Below are positions 1-13,607 of a stretch of 64,000 nt of DNA, one piece after another (the first letter of the stretch is position 1; each line of letters opens with the position of its first letter). A model generated the notes under the pieces. That model had not been told where the DNA came from. It saw only the letters and a program-made list of their open reading frames with translations, and ran no database searches. The stretch comes from Eledone cirrhosa (lineage: Eukaryota): contig OZ024743.1 in assembly GCA_964016885.1 (NCBI GenBank), positions 318,308,001 to 318,372,000 on the forward strand, written 5' to 3'. The translations under genes and the position numbers were made by a program.

Positions 1-11
1 CATCTTTATAG

Positions 12-216
12 GCCTGTTATAAATTGGCATCTGGTCGAAAGCAATATGGCAGCATGACTCGTCGCTCAAGTAGTCAACGTAGTTCATATACAACAGGTTT
101 AAGTGTAAGTACAACACCAATTCACCTGCCCCAAGATAGTCCATCACTTCAAACAGAATCTGTTTTTACCGATGATTGTCTTGAAATGTCTAATGAAGAT
201 AACAACTCAATATCAT
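12..216 (+). CDS. CCDC60: CCDC60-like gene, first visible internal exon (gene starts upstream of the window)
   Basis: Acceptor tttatag| at 11, open frame ACYKLASGRK...NNSIS, donor gtaagt at 217 (phase 1), matching the next exon. Confidence 0.7.
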
Positions 217-2059
217 GTAAGTTATTTCAATTTATTATTTAATACTCTTTTTCTTTTGTTGCTTTTAAGTGTTTTACTCTTTAAACCTTTTGATACCAAA
301 ATGCCTGAAACTATCTCCTGATTCTGCGATACAAATCTGCTTCATCATCGTCATCATCATCACTGTTTATCGTCCATTTTCCATGCTAGCATGGGTTAGA
401 CAAGTTTTCCCCTTGTGAGACAAGTCAGATCAGGTGACTGTGTCTTGCTCATACAGAACTGATTCTAGCTTGGTTTCTATGGCTAGATGTCCTTTCTAAC
501 ACCAACCATATTTACATCATTATTTCATGTAACAGCCTTTTGTTAAGTTATGCTCCAGACACCTTAATGTTATATTACTAAATTGCTCCAAATTCTCGAT
601 TATTTTCAGAATTATTTGCAACATATATTTATTTAATCTATTTAAACGTCCACATATAGCTAGTAAGCCTTGACAGACTAGAAGAAGTATCTAGTACTTT
701 TTAGAAGTAAAAACCAAGGTATAGAAAGAACAGTGAATATATATAAAAAATAAAATATAAATTTTAACCAATAGGTGGGAAAATAAGCATAAAAAGATAA
801 AGAAAAATGGGAAACAAGGGAAGCTGTAAAGCAGTTAGGAGGTTCTGTTATTGAATCTTTTTGTAACCTCAAAGATTTTGTTTATAGTTGGTAGATATTT
901 TACAATATATTGTATCTTCAAATCTTGATACTTTTTAATGATCAGCTTCAAAATGTCTTCTCTCTCAGACTAATAGTCTCTACGTTGTAACAAATACTGC
1001 CAAAGAGTTTCTGGGAAGTCACCACAATTTCATAGAGGTGATTCTCTATGACCTGTTTGTCATAAAATATAGTTCAATGATATATGTCCAGTTCGAAGCT
1101 AGCATAGTCTTTTTTTTTTATTAACATTGCTCAGTGTCTGATATGTCAGATCTGGTTGAGAAAGTGGAGGATTGGAATTTGAGAGCTTCTCTCTACATTT
1201 TTCCCCAAACTTTTCCTACTGTGTTTTTCATTTGAAACATAATTAGAAATATGGTAATGAAAGGGTTAACCCATTTGTGGCCATATTTTTGATGAAATAC
1301 ATTATCTGTGTTTCATTTTTGTTTAAAATAATGACTTTTGAGGGGTTCAATAAAAGAAGTTCTTTTTTTTTCATTTTTAGATGATGTTTGAGGTATAACT
1401 TAATAAAAGTTTCATTGGTAAAATTATGATAGCAGATTTTAATTTAAATATGGCTGGTATTGGAAAGGGTATCCAGCTGTAGAAACCAAGCCAAAATACA
1501 GATCTGTATGAGCAAGACGTGGTCTCTGGACATGACTTGTCTCATAACGTGACAGCCTATCTAACCCATGCAAGCGTGGAAAATGTATGTTAAATAGGGA
1601 TGATGATGAACAGTTCAGATGGTTTTGTGTGGGTTGGTATCTAAGGGGTTAAATATTTTGTATTGTCAAGGTAATTCTAATCACTATTATAAAGTGTTTC
1701 TAGAGCTATACAGCCAAATGTACCAAACCTATACTGTCTAGCACATATATAGCCAGAGTGTACTGGGTGTATTTTATCGGGGTTCTAGTTGCCTCAATTT
1801 CTATATATATTTTCATATATTTTCTTAATTTTTGAAAAATGAATACAAATAATATTTTCCCTATGTCTTCAGTTTCCCAATTCTTTTCTAATTTGATTGA
1901 ATTTTAAAAATTAGCTGTGGGTACCCTGTTTAGAATAGGTACACCATATATTTGCATGTTATAAAAGGTTACTAGAAGAAAATCCAGCTGTAAAATGTTG
2001 CCCCAAAAAGAAACCAATGATGTGTATGTAGTTTATTATGGAGCCCGCAAGACGAGCTG

Positions 2060-2140
2060 TAGCCCTAATCCTAACCCTCACCCTAGCCTTAGCCCTAATG
2101 CTAACCCTAGCTATTTCTATAACACTAACCCTAACCCTGC
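2060..2140. repeat. Short degenerate (CCCTAA)n telomere-like tract
   Basis: gccctaatcctaaccctcaccctagccttagccctaatgctaaccctag. Confidence 0.7.
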
Positions 2141-2867
2141 TTTAACAGGTAAAATGACCTTAACTTTTGTTGTATTTAGTTATACCTTTACATTTTGAGT
2201 TAAAATCCCAGTTAGATAGATAAAGTACCAAGCAAGTACTATGGTTGATATATTCAACTGAGCCTTCCCTTAAAATGTATGCCTTGTGTCAATATAACAA
2301 ATCAATATTATAATAACAAGTTCAATATTATCTCACAATGGATCAATAGGTTTCTTAATTTATATTTAGAGTTTCATTTATTATCTTCATTTTTGGAAAA
2401 TGAATACAAATATTTTGGGTCATTTTAATTACCTTTTTTAATGATATCTAATTTGGTTATATCTTAAGATTCCTGTGTGTATCCAGTTTAGAATAATGAG
2501 TCTCTGTTGTGCCAGTATCATGATAAAATGCACCCAGTACACTCTGTAAAGTAGTTGGCATTAGGAAAAGTATCCATCTGCAGAAAATATGTTACAACTG
2601 GAACCCTAAAATGGTTGGCACCAGAAAAGTGTAAAACATTGTCTTAAAAAATCCCTAATATGTATGAAGCCTGTCATGAGGTTCCCAAAGCTGACCCCTT
2701 CTTTAGCAAGGAAAATAACCTTAGAACACTGCTTATTGTTGTTGATTGTATTAAAATAATTTTGTCAAGAATGACATTTTTATGTTTCTATATTCATTTA
2801 CTATTTGAAAATAATCTGTAAATTTCATAAATATTTTTACATATTGTTTGTTTTTTCATCTGTACAG

Positions 2868-2897
2868 CTCTAATTCCAGAGTCAGAATTAACAGTGG
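2868..2897 (+). CDS. CCDC60: CCDC60-like micro-exon (30 nt)
   Basis: Pyrimidine tract plus tacag| acceptor, (S)LIPESELTV, donor gtaagt. Phase 1 in and phase 1 out. Confidence 0.65.
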
Positions 2898-3740
2898 GTA
2901 AGTTAAAGTTATTACTTACCTATATAAAGTCAGTTAAGGATAGTGTATTGGCAGAATTGGTAGAGCATCGGACAAAAATTCTTTGTGGTATTTGTTCCAA
3001 ATTTGAGTCCAAATCCTGCCATGCCTTTCATACTCTTAGAGTTGATAAAATAAAGTGTTAGTCAAGAAATGGAATGAAATGGTTGAGTCATGTGTTGATA
3101 AAGGATGATATTGAGTGGATGTGAGGAAGGATTGGAATAGAACCAGTGATGAATGATGTGAAGGGAAATGGAAGGAAATGGTTGGGTCATGTGTTGAAGA
3201 AGGATGAAAGTGATTGGGTGAGAGGTGTAATGGAAATGAATGTGAAAGGAAGTAGAGGAATGGAAATACCATGAAATATATGGCTAAAGATGATAGAGGA
3301 AATGAAAACCAGTAGATTGGTGAGGGTGTGTGAAATACAGAGGATAGGACAAAATGAAGCTTGTTGTGTAACCTGCAAATTAAGCTCTTCTTTAGTATGG
3401 AAAATGGCCTTAACCCTTTAGCATTTACATTACTCTATATTTAATATTGTATTTTTGCATTAAAGGCTTTACCTCACATTGTTATTGCACAGAATATCAA
3501 ATTTATGGGATTTTAATATAATTTATTTTAAGAACTATACCTTAATGTCAGTAGGAGTGGCCGTTTATGGCCGGTTTGAACAGAGAGAAGTGAGAGATTT
3601 CTGGCCAGATACAGCCAGTTTAAAGGGCTAAAACACTTATTGTGTATGGTGTAGCCTTAAAACAGGTAAATATGTTTAATCATTAGTGTAACTTCACGTG
3701 TTAGTAAATTTTCACAAATATATTTAATTCTTTACTTCAG

Positions 3741-3834
3741 GTAACTTAACTGGACAAGATAACATGGAAGAAAATTCAAAACTTAAGTCCATTACAGAAA
3801 CTTTTGCATCAAATGAAAATTCCAAACTTAAGCT
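3741..3834 (+). CDS. CCDC60: CCDC60-like exon
   Basis: tttacttcag| acceptor, (G)NLTGQDNMEENSKLK...KLK, donor gtaaga. Phase 1 to 2. Confidence 0.65.
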
Positions 3835-4691
3835 GTAAGAAATAAATATTTTGTTAAAAACTATGGAAACTGATATTTTAACATTATATCCAATGTTTAC
3901 TATAGCTACTAATGCTTTTTTGGGGAAAGCTAGTACAATCATCATAATCATCATTTTTATGCTGACTTTTCCACATGGCATGGGTTCGATGGGATTTTTG
4001 AGGCAATGTTTTATAGCCAGATGCCCTTCCTGATACCAACCCTTGCAGGGATATGGTGTATCTATTCTAAACCAGATATACACGGCCAGAATACAAACAC
4101 AACATATATATGACACAACATTATATATATAAACACTCCCTTTGGTTATGAATGTCCATGGGTTTTTTACCTAGAAAATTCCCCTGCAAGGCACATGCCT
4201 GGGCAAGGTGTTTTGTGGAAGACCAGCAGTTTCCTATTCAAACTGATCTCCACTCTCCATGCCACCGATGTTGTAAAAGGGAAAGGCATGTGATATCACA
4301 ACTCATTTCTGGAGTAATGTGAAATAAAGTGTCTTGCTCAAGGATACAATGCATCGCTCAGTCTGAGAATGGAATTCACAACCATGTGATTGTGAATCCA
4401 ACACTCTAACCACTAAGCAACATGCCTTCACCATTATATATATAACACAACATTTAAATGATGATGACTAATCAAGTGGAACACACTCAATAAAATTTCG
4501 AAAAGCATTGAGCCTTGGAGGGCTTGCCAATCAAAGGATTGGGAGGACCCTTTAGTCATATCAAGGATATGACAGTCTCCCTAGTGTTTGTGATCTACAT
4601 GATAAATGCACCTAGTACATGCTGTAAAGTAGTTGCTGATAGGAAGGACATCCAGCCATAGAAAACTTGCCAAACAAAGGATTGAGAGCAC

Positions 4692-5892
4692 CCACAGTAA
4701 TCTTCTGTATTATTGCGTGACGCCAGAGGTCACAGTCATGTGCCATCACCTTTGAAAGGTGTAATTGGGTAAGGTCGGCTTTTATCACCTCATCCCAGGT
4801 CTTCTTGGGTCTCCCCACTCCGCGGTTTCCATCGCCTTCTAATGCTCTGCACCTTTTTATGCAGCTGTCATCCTTCATACACATCACATGTCCATACCAA
4901 CGCAACTGCCTCTCCTGCACACAGCATTTGATTCCTCTTATGCTCAGTCTCTTTCTCAATTCGTTTATACTTTGCTGTTTGTGTATATTACTATTACACA
5001 TCCATCGGATCATGCAGGCTTGGTTTCTTTCTAATCTACAGAAGTCTTCCACAGACAGTGCCCAGGTCTCACTACCATGCAACATCGCTGTTCGGATACA
5101 TGCATCGTACAGTCTGCCTTTCATTTTGAGGGAAAAGCCTTTTGCAGCTAGCAGTGGCAGTAGCTCCCTGAACTTCTTCCATCCCATTCTTACCCTAGTT
5201 ATTGTACTTTCCGAACACCCAACTCCGCTGCTAATTCGGTCACCTAGGTAGCAGAAGCAGTCTACTGTTTCTACAGAGCCCTCCCAGAGTTTGGTGGTAC
5301 TTGTTTCCTGTGGCTGTTTTCTGCTTGCTGTCCCAGCACAGCTGCTACATGTGAAGGCTACATTCTTAGTTAAGTTTATTGAGATCCCACTACATCTCTT
5401 GTGTACCCATTGTTTGCATTTGGGGCAGAGAATGGAGTTCCTACCTACACCTTTCCTACATACTGAGCAAAGCCATTTCCCTGAGGGGATCTGGGTTCTG
5501 TTTTGTCGTCTACTTACAAGGACCTTAGTCTTTGTCATGTTGACTTTGAGACCCTTTCTTTCTAGTTCTTGCTTCCAAGTTTGGAATTTCTTCTCTAGTT
5601 CTACCATAGATTCAGCTATAAGTGCGAGATCATCTGCATACAGGAGTTCCCATGGGCATCCGGTCTTAAACTCCTCCGTTATTGCCTGCAAAACTATAAT
5701 GAACAGGAGAGGACTAAGAACAGAGCCCTGGTGGGCACCAACCTGTATGCTAAATTCCTCGCTATACTCATTGCTAACTCTAACTTTGCTGACTGCTCCC
5801 CTATACATGGCTTGTACAGCTTTCACAAGCCATTCATCTACTCCTAGTTTTCTAAGAGCCGACCAGATTATAGCACGTGGAACTCTGTCAAA
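4692..5892 (-). mobile_element. 5'-truncated RTE-clade LINE (RT C-half with PHD insert) in a CCDC60 intron
   Basis: ORF 4612..5826 with QGSVLSPLLF, LLYADD, CYLG, LRWYGHV and GRPKKTW motifs. Very similar to 40380-41550. Confidence 0.9.
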
Positions 5893-7251
5893 GTGTGCGG
5901 CTTCATTAGCGGGTATCGCCTAATCAATAACCAATCGATCGACAGAATCCAAACCCTAGCCCATGCTGGCCGTGACTTGTTGTGACAACCGACACAGTAA
6001 AGTGATTAGCAACTGGAATCCGATACAACTCTATCCCTCGACTAGCCACCGATTTACAAACTTTACATGGTGGCGGGAGAATAGAAAACAAATCTTTTCG
6101 TTCCCATCAAATGCTCTCAGCCAACGTGTCTCACACACAAATTAATAAGAGGTGAAAAGATGGTTATTAGAAATAGCAGTCCCACATCGATATATATATA
6201 TATATATGTTGATACAGAAAATAATAATTTTTTCATATTTTTACTCATATTTTATTGCATTAAGTTGTTTATTTGATTCAATAATCTGTAAATATAATGA
6301 CATTTTTTGCAATATCCTTTAGAAAATTCAGTTTGGAATCGTCACTGAAAATTTCATGCATTTATCTTCATTATTTGGATTGGCAGTATCGGTAGAGGGT
6401 CGGACACCATGCTTTGACGCATAGAGTTACAACCCTTGCCATTCTAAGTTCAAATCCCACCGAGGTTAACTTTGCTGGCCTTGTGCCAAAAGTAGAAACA
6501 ATTATTTATAAACTTGGAACAATTTTTGTATAGGCATGTTGAAAAAAAAAATCGATTTTCACTATTTGGCTTGTTGAATTAGTGTCAAAACAATGCTTAG
6601 GTGGGTAATCATTCACAATCACCAAGGAGGAAAAGTAAACCATGAAATCTCATCAAATGTAATGTACAAGTGCAAATTATATATTTTTTTTCATATTTTT
6701 CTTACTTTTCCCTAGTTTTCACTTTTGTATTTCTCACTTATACTGTATCCATCTGTATCTGGTTTAGAATAGATACACCATATCCCTACATGTTGTAAGA
6801 AACAACTAAAAGGGTTGATGTCAGGAAAGACATCCGGCTATAAAGGGTTGCCTCAAAAAGTTCCATCCAACCCATGCCAGCATGTCTGAGTCAACATAAA
6901 AATGATGAAAAAGTATCCAGTCCAACTTGTCTGTTGTTTTTTTGGTGCCACGATAAAAAGAACTCAGACCACACTGTAAATGAGGTTACCATTAGGAAGG
7001 GCATCCAGTTATAGAAATCAAGCCAAAAGCAGTTCTGTATGAGCAAGACATGGTCACCTGATCTGACTTATGCTAACGTGATAAATGGACATTAAACGGT
7101 GATGTTGATATTTGTATATATGTATATATAAAACTTTACCAGTGGTTCAAATGTCTTCACACAGAATGTTGTAATCATGAAATTATTAATGGTTTTTATT
7201 GTGACTATACTAGTATATACATCATATATATTATCAATAATTCTTTTTCAG

Positions 7252-7285
7252 CTTCGATGAAATGGAAAGAAAGAAGTCTAGACAG
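7252..7285 (+). CDS. CCDC60: CCDC60-like micro-exon (34 nt)
   Basis: ttctttttcag| acceptor, (L)FDEMERKKSRQ, donor gtaat. Phase 2 to 0. Confidence 0.65.
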
Positions 7286-7494
7286 GTAATAATTTTTATC
7301 ATCATTACTCTGTATATTCTGACTTAATTAAAATATATAAAATGTATTTTATATATGTAATTCAAAGTTATCTTACAGATAAAGTTGTTCCTTTTCACAG
7401 TTATTCATACTTTTCTATTCTACTATTTATATTATTCTTTTATGTCCTAATTCTTTGAGTTTTTAGAAATATTAACACATTAAAACTTTTCCAA

Positions 7495-7710
7495 TCCCAG
7501 GAAGGATTCATAGAAGTGGTTGATAGTTTCTGCTACCTAGTTGAAATAATTAGAATCATAGCTAGAATGAGGACAAGATGGAAAAAGTTTAGGGAGCTAC
7601 TACCTCCATTTACAATAAAGGGTCTCTCCTACAAACAATAGGTTGGCTGTATGACGCTTGTGTATGAAAGCTGGAGAGAAATGAGGCAAGCATGCTTTGA
7701 TGGATGTACT
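7495..7710 (+). mobile_element. Degenerate RTE LINE fragment
   Basis: Similar to the FCYLG...WKKFRELLP...LYDAC region of the other RTE copies. Confidence 0.6.
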
Positions 7711-8044
7711 TGGTAAACCTCTTTTAAAGAGTTACCTCACATATAAAATACCTAGATATGTTTTAACTCTTTTGATACTAATCTGGCCCAAACCACTTCT
7801 GGTTCTATGAAACTGCCATCATCATCATCATTGTTTGGTTTAACCCTTTAGCATTTACATTACTCTATATCTACTATTATATTTTCATGATAAACGCTTT
7901 ACCTCACACAATTATCTCACATATCAAATCTATGAAATTTTGATATTATTTATTTTGAGAACAATACCTTAACATGAGCAGCTGGTTATGGCCAGTTTGA
8001 ACAGAAAGAGGCGAGAGAATTCTGGATGGATACGGCTGGTTTAA

Positions 8045-8263
8045 CCCTTTAGCATTTGCATTACGCTATATCTATTATTGTATTTTTATGGTAAAGGCTT
8101 TATCTCATATACTTATCTCACATAATATTGAATCTGAGATTTTGATACTAGTTATTTTGAGAACAATACCTTAACATCAGTATGAGCAGCTGGTTACGGA
8201 AGGTTTGAACAGAAAGAGGTGAAAGAATTCAGGCTGGATATGGCTGGCTTAAATGTTAAAGGG
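8045..8263. mobile_element. piggyBac-type MITE. Related copies at ~3415-3625, ~7843-8040, 14137-14330, 22349-22929 and ~26881-27090.
   Basis: TTAA|CCCTTTAGCATTT ... AAATG(T/C)TAAAGGG|TTAA: TTAA target duplication and CCC..GGG TIRs. Confidence 0.8.
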
Positions 8264-8641
8264 TTAAAGTTTTCTTTACTTGTCACAAGCATTGGACATT
8301 TAGGTAGCCTCTTTCAAAGCATCTCTCCAGAGTGTTTGTTCCAGGGATAGGTTTTGGTCCAGGTTTCAGGTTTTCAGATCATCCCTGATTACCTCTTTCC
8401 AGGTCTTTACATGGGCACTCCCTTCTCCATCTACCAAGGGCCTCATACTCCCAACATAATTTGATATAAGAATCATCTGTAATATGGTAATAAGAAGGTT
8501 AAACAAAACAGTTGTTATGGAGAACATCCATTACATCCATAACATACTTGAAAATTAAACATCATCCGTGAAAAAATATGAATAATTTAGAAAATTTTGA
8601 AAACACTTAATTCATGCTGTTCTGGATTATTTTACAAAAAA

Positions 8642-9395
8642 TAGTGATGATGATGGTAGTGTTGGTTGTGTGGTGGTGGTGTTGGTTGTGATAATGATGG
8701 CGTTGGTTGTGCTGGTGGTGATATTGATGGTGTTGGTTGTGGTATTGGTGGTGATGATAGTGTGGGTTGTGGTGGTGCTGGTGGTGGTGGCGGTGGTGCT
8801 TGTGGTGATGGTGTTGGTGGTATTTGTTGTGGTGGTGGTGACAGTGGCTGAGATAATGGTGGTCATAATGATGATGATGTTGGTTGTGGTGATAGTCATG
8901 GTGGTGGTGGTAATGATGGTTGTGATGATGATGGTAAATGGTAGTGTTGGTGATGGTGGTGGTGGTGGTTGTCGTGATGGTGATGGTTGTGTTACTTGTG
9001 GTGGTGGTGTTGATGGTAGTAGTGGTATTGGTTGTGTTGATAGTGGTGTTGTTGTTGTTGGTGGTGGTGATGGTGTTGGTTGAGGTCTTGGTGTTAGTGG
9101 TGGCAGTTGTGGAGATGGTGGTGGTGGTGGTTGTGGTGATAATTATGGTGATGATGGTGGTGGTGGTGGTGGTGGTAGTTGTGATGATTATAGTGGTGAT
9201 AGTGATGGTGGTTGTGGAGATGCTGGTGATGGTTGTAGTGATGGTGTTGGTGATTGTGGTGGTAGTGATGATGGTGGTTGTGGTGATGGTGATGGTTGTG
9301 TTGATGGTGGTGGTGTTGGTGATGGTGGTGGTGTTGGTGTTGGTTGTTGTGGTGATGGTGATAGTGTTAGTTGTGGTGATGGTGGTTGTTGTCAT
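8642..9395. repeat. Degenerate (GGT/GAT/GTT)n trinucleotide microsatellite, intronic
   Basis: Seen directly. It explains the poly-V, poly-T and poly-H ORFs. Confidence 0.95.
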
Positions 9396-9432
9396 CAAAC
9401 TGATGTATTTTGTATTGTTTTTCAAATTACAG

Positions 9433-9500
9433 AATTCAAAACTTGAAGAATTTCCTCCAAAAGTCAATTTTTCTGCAAAACATCAGATCCGTCCTAAAAG
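9433..9500 (+). CDS. CCDC60: CCDC60-like exon
   Basis: ttacag| acceptor, NSKLEEFPPKVNFSAKHQIRPK, donor gtaaaa. Phase 0 to 2. Confidence 0.7.
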
Positions 9501-11758
9501 GTAAAAAATAAAAAAATGTTGTAGTAGGGTCTATAAGTTATAACTCTTCTTCTTTTTTGATAAAAGGGGGTGGGTGTGCTTATATTTGAGGTCAATATTT
9601 TGCTAATTTTCACCAACTTCAAAATTCTACATAAACGAGGTGCTAAAATATTTTCACTTTGGAGGTGAATATTACACTGGTTTTACTTTGGAGGTGAATA
9701 TTACACCAGTTTCACTTTTGGCATGAAATTCATTTTTCCTATTGTTTTTTTTTATTTGTTTTGAATGAATATGACCTTCAAAATAGTTGGAAATTGGTAA
9801 AAAATCTTTATGTAATGGAGTTGTTAAACAAAAGCTGAAACGATATAAAAATAACTATGATGATGATGATGATTAAGATATAGAATACACAGAAACATCA
9901 GTGCATAAATTAAAGCTGTTTGATCTTTTCTGTATGGTAGATATAATCTATCATTCAGTTTAATTCCATCAGCTGACTATTCAGTACCTTTAACAAAGTA
10001 TACTTTGATGTAACTATTCAGACATAGCCTTTCATTTGAAGATACCTTTCTGCCTTCCACCAGTCTTTGAGGTCTGGAAAAGGTCATGAGTACTTTCTGA
10101 CTAAACAGAAAAAAAGGATAGATAAATTGACTTTGCCAAAATGGGACATGGGCATCATGCCTGAGGAAGGAGCTTCATGAGGTGGAATGTCTGATTCAAC
10201 GGGCTTTGCTGGCTGTTCTCTGTGACAGTGCTTTTGCCATCTATCTGGGGCACAACTGTGATATACTGTTCAGCCATGGATGTAGAGTTTGCCCCACCTC
10301 CTCATTTCTTTCCTTTTTTTTTCTTCTTTCTTTTATTTCCTTTCTCAATTTTTGTCATTATAATATTATGAACATATTTAAAAAAGATACCTGCTTTTGT
10401 AAAAATTATTTATGTATGTCAGTCTAACCTGTCAGTTTGTCGTGTTGGTAACACGACAAAAAGCACCCAGTCCACACTGTAAAGTGGTCATTTTGGTCTA
10501 ACAACAAAAAGCGCTCAGTTTACACTGTAAAGTAGTTGTTAGCATCACAATATAAAGCACCCAGTTCACACTGTAAATAGGTTGTGTTAATGACCTGACA
10601 AAAGCCACCCAGTCCAACTTATCAGTTAGTCGTTTTGGTGCCACAATAAAAAGCACCCAGTCCATGTTATAGATGTAGTTAGTGTTAGGAAGGGCATCCA
10701 GTTGTAGAAACCAAGTCAGAAACATTTCTGTATGAGCAAGATACAATCATGTGATCTGACTTGTCTCACAATGGGACAACTTGTATAATCCATGCTAGCG
10801 TAGAAAAATGGACATTAAACGGTAATGATGATGTTAGTAAGAGTACCCAGCCATAGAAACCATGCCAAAAAAGTTGAGAGGACTCTTCAATTGTCAAGGA
10901 CATGGCAACCACTTGTGTTGGTGCCATGATAAAATGTGTTGGCACTCTGTAAATTGCTGAGAGATCAGTAGCTCTCATTAAGTACTGTCTTTGTCTGTGA
11001 TGACACATCCAACCCTTGACAGCATGGCAAAACAGATGTTAAAGGATGGTGATCATGTATGTATGTTGATGTCAGGTGCTCTTCAGTGCTACTGGTAACA
11101 TGTAACTCAGTACAAACTGTGCATGGTCAGGTCATTGGCAACTAAACCGGCAACCCTACCAAGCTTGCTTGGTGAGGAGGGTGATTTTGGACACCCTGCA
11201 GGGTAAAAAACAAAGCCTGTCAAAGGGTAGAGAAACTCAGGAGAGTCAATAGCCATCCAATAAAGTTTTATGTGTGTGTGTGTGTGTGTGTGAAGCGAGA
11301 GACCCCTCGTCTTCATTAAGCCATATTTCTAAGAGAAGGTCACTTTGCATTCAAAGCTTCAAGCACAGGCATCGCTTGATATGCGATATTTTTTGTGATG
11401 CATAGCATTGCTTGCCATAGGCATGTCCCTAGAAGAACTAAAAAGCCACATCCATGATGCTTTTCGAGGAGGAGGGTGGGTGGGTGAATATAACTGTGTG
11501 TGTGGAGAGAGAGGGGAGGAGAGAGTAAGAGATGGAAGTTAGATAGATAATAAGGATAGATAAATTGACTTTGCCAAAATGGGACATGTGCATCATGCCT
11601 GAGGAAGGAGCTTCATGAGGTGGAATGTCTGATGCTCATATTTAAGTATCATGTATGTATATAAAATATGGAGGAAGAATTCACTTCCTAACCATTTCAG
11701 TCTTTATCAGTTGCTCTACCAATATATAATCTACTTCTGTTTATTTTTCTATTTACAG

Positions 11759-11881
11759 TTCATCTGAAGTTAGATCATGGCATTGCCAAGAAAATTTCAT
11801 TCAGTTATTACGACAAAAATTTGAAGAAGTAAAAAAAGACAAAGCATTTTCTTTGCATGATTCTTTGGAAAAAATGGAGAA
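11759..11881 (+). CDS. CCDC60: CCDC60-like exon (coiled-coil region)
   Basis: atttacag| acceptor, (S)SSEVRSWHCQENFIQLLRQKFEEVKKDKAFSLHDSLEKME, donor gtaatt. Phase 2 to 2. Confidence 0.75.
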
Positions 11882-12788
11882 GTAATTAAATATTATTCTT
11901 TTGTTTAGTTCTTTTATTATTTTACTGTTTTCAAGGATGGTGGATTGGCAGAATCAGTAGAGTATCGCACAACAGGCTTTATGGCATAGAGCTACAGTTC
12001 TTTACATTCTGAGTTCATATCCTGCCAAGGTTAGCTTTGACTTTCATCGTTACTGGGTCAATAAAATAAAGTACCAGTAATACACTGGGGGTCGATTTAA
12101 TCAACTTTTCCCTCCTCTAATATTGTTGACCTTGTGCCTAAATCAGAAACCATTATTATTATTGTTACCTCGTGGTATAGGGTTACTGCCCTTTACGTTC
12201 TGAGTTCAAATCCAGCCAAGATTAGTTTTGCCTTTCATTCTTAGGGAGTCAATAAAATAAAGTACCAGTAATATACTGGAGTAAATTTAATTGACTTTCG
12301 CCTCGGCAAAATTGTTGGCCTTTTCTTCATTACTAGTGGACCAGTGCCGTCAATAATGGTTTTTGATTTAGGTACAAAGCCAATAGTTTTAGGTGAGAAG
12401 AAAGTTGTTTAAATCAACCCCAGTGCGTTACTGGTACTTTATTTTATCGACCCCATAATGATGAAAGGCTAAGCTAACCTCAGCAGAATGATAGCTATAA
12501 TATTGGATGTTTTGGGAGTCCAGGATTGGTATGTTATATCCAGTCCGAAACAAATGAGGTCGTGTAGGTGTCACGACAAAAAAACACACAGTCCATGCTG
12601 TAATGTGGCCGTGTAGGTAACACGGTAAAAACCTCCCAGTTCACATTGTAAACGTGGTTGGTGTTAGGAAAGGCATCCAGCCGTAGAAAACCCACCAGAC
12701 AGTCCTATACGAGCAAGACAACCAATCTTGCTTCAAGTGGGAAAATTCCCGTCTAAACCCATGCAAGCGTGGAAGATGGACGTTAAAC

Positions 12789-12824
<36 letters not shown>

Positions 12825-13463
12825 ACTAGGATAACTGGATATATGAACAATCGTATAAATTTGTGTTTTGAAGTGATTAAAGATAAAATTGATATTTTGA
12901 TCATTTATTTCTTGGATATAATTACATAAATGTTCAGTATATATATATACAAATGACATACATGATTAAATTTATGACTAACTTTGGAGAAATAACTATT
13001 TACAGGGACAAATGTATGGTTAGAACCTAGGATTTTGTAATTGAAAAACGAATTGATATAGAAAATGCATTGTGTGGAAATTTTAAAGAGTTACAGAGGG
13101 AGATATATATAAATTGGGTCATCATGTAAATAATGCGTTTTTTTTCAATTGCATGCAATAGTCGGAGTAAACACCTGCATAAACTTGCTGTAAAAGTAGG
13201 TATTAAATTCACCCTGTCCTCATTCTTAGTGCAGTTTATCTTGATTTTTAAAAATAAAAGAAATATAAAAAAGCTGCATTATTTATGGGAGTTCAAATCC
13301 CGCCGTTCAAAGTTTGCCTTTCATCGTTACGGGGTTGATAAAATAAAGTACCAGTAATGCACTGGGTTATTGCTGGCCTTGTGCCAAAAGTAGAAACAAT
13401 TATTTATGGGATGTCCTAATAAATATTCAAACACACATGGTGTATTATTGTGGTTGATTGCAG

Positions 13464-13607
13464 AGAAAACCTGTTGGTTTACCAGAGCAAGTATCAAGCA
13501 ATATCTGGGGACCATTTTAGTTATCGCCATGTCCTCAGTGAAATGCGAAGAAAATCAGTTTCCCACTGCAACAAATTTGATGAAAAGATTGTTCCAGATA
13601 ATAACTG
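13464..13607 (+). CDS. CCDC60: CCDC60-like exon
   Basis: ttgcag| acceptor, (K)ENLLVYQSKYQAI...EKIVPDNN, donor gtaagt. Phase 2 to 2. Confidence 0.75.

Noticed and set aside
4805-5923. Antisense ORFs over RTE copies (also 40346-41464)
   Set aside because: Shadow frames of the RT coding strand.
6323-6376. Possible extra CCDC60 exon after tccttta g
   Set aside because: No donor before it runs into a SINE, and the flanking exons already join in phase.
8607-9467. Long poly-Thr/His/Val ORFs
   Set aside because: Artefacts of a trinucleotide microsatellite. Only 9433-9500 is a real exon, on the + strand.
10155-10195. Hammerhead ribozyme core (ctgaggaag...gaa)
   Set aside because: Lacks the CUGAUGA and GAAA core with supporting stems.
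12995-13130. Possible exon after tttacag at ~13004
   Set aside because: Exons 11759-11881 and 13464-13607 join in phase without it, and there is no convincing donor.
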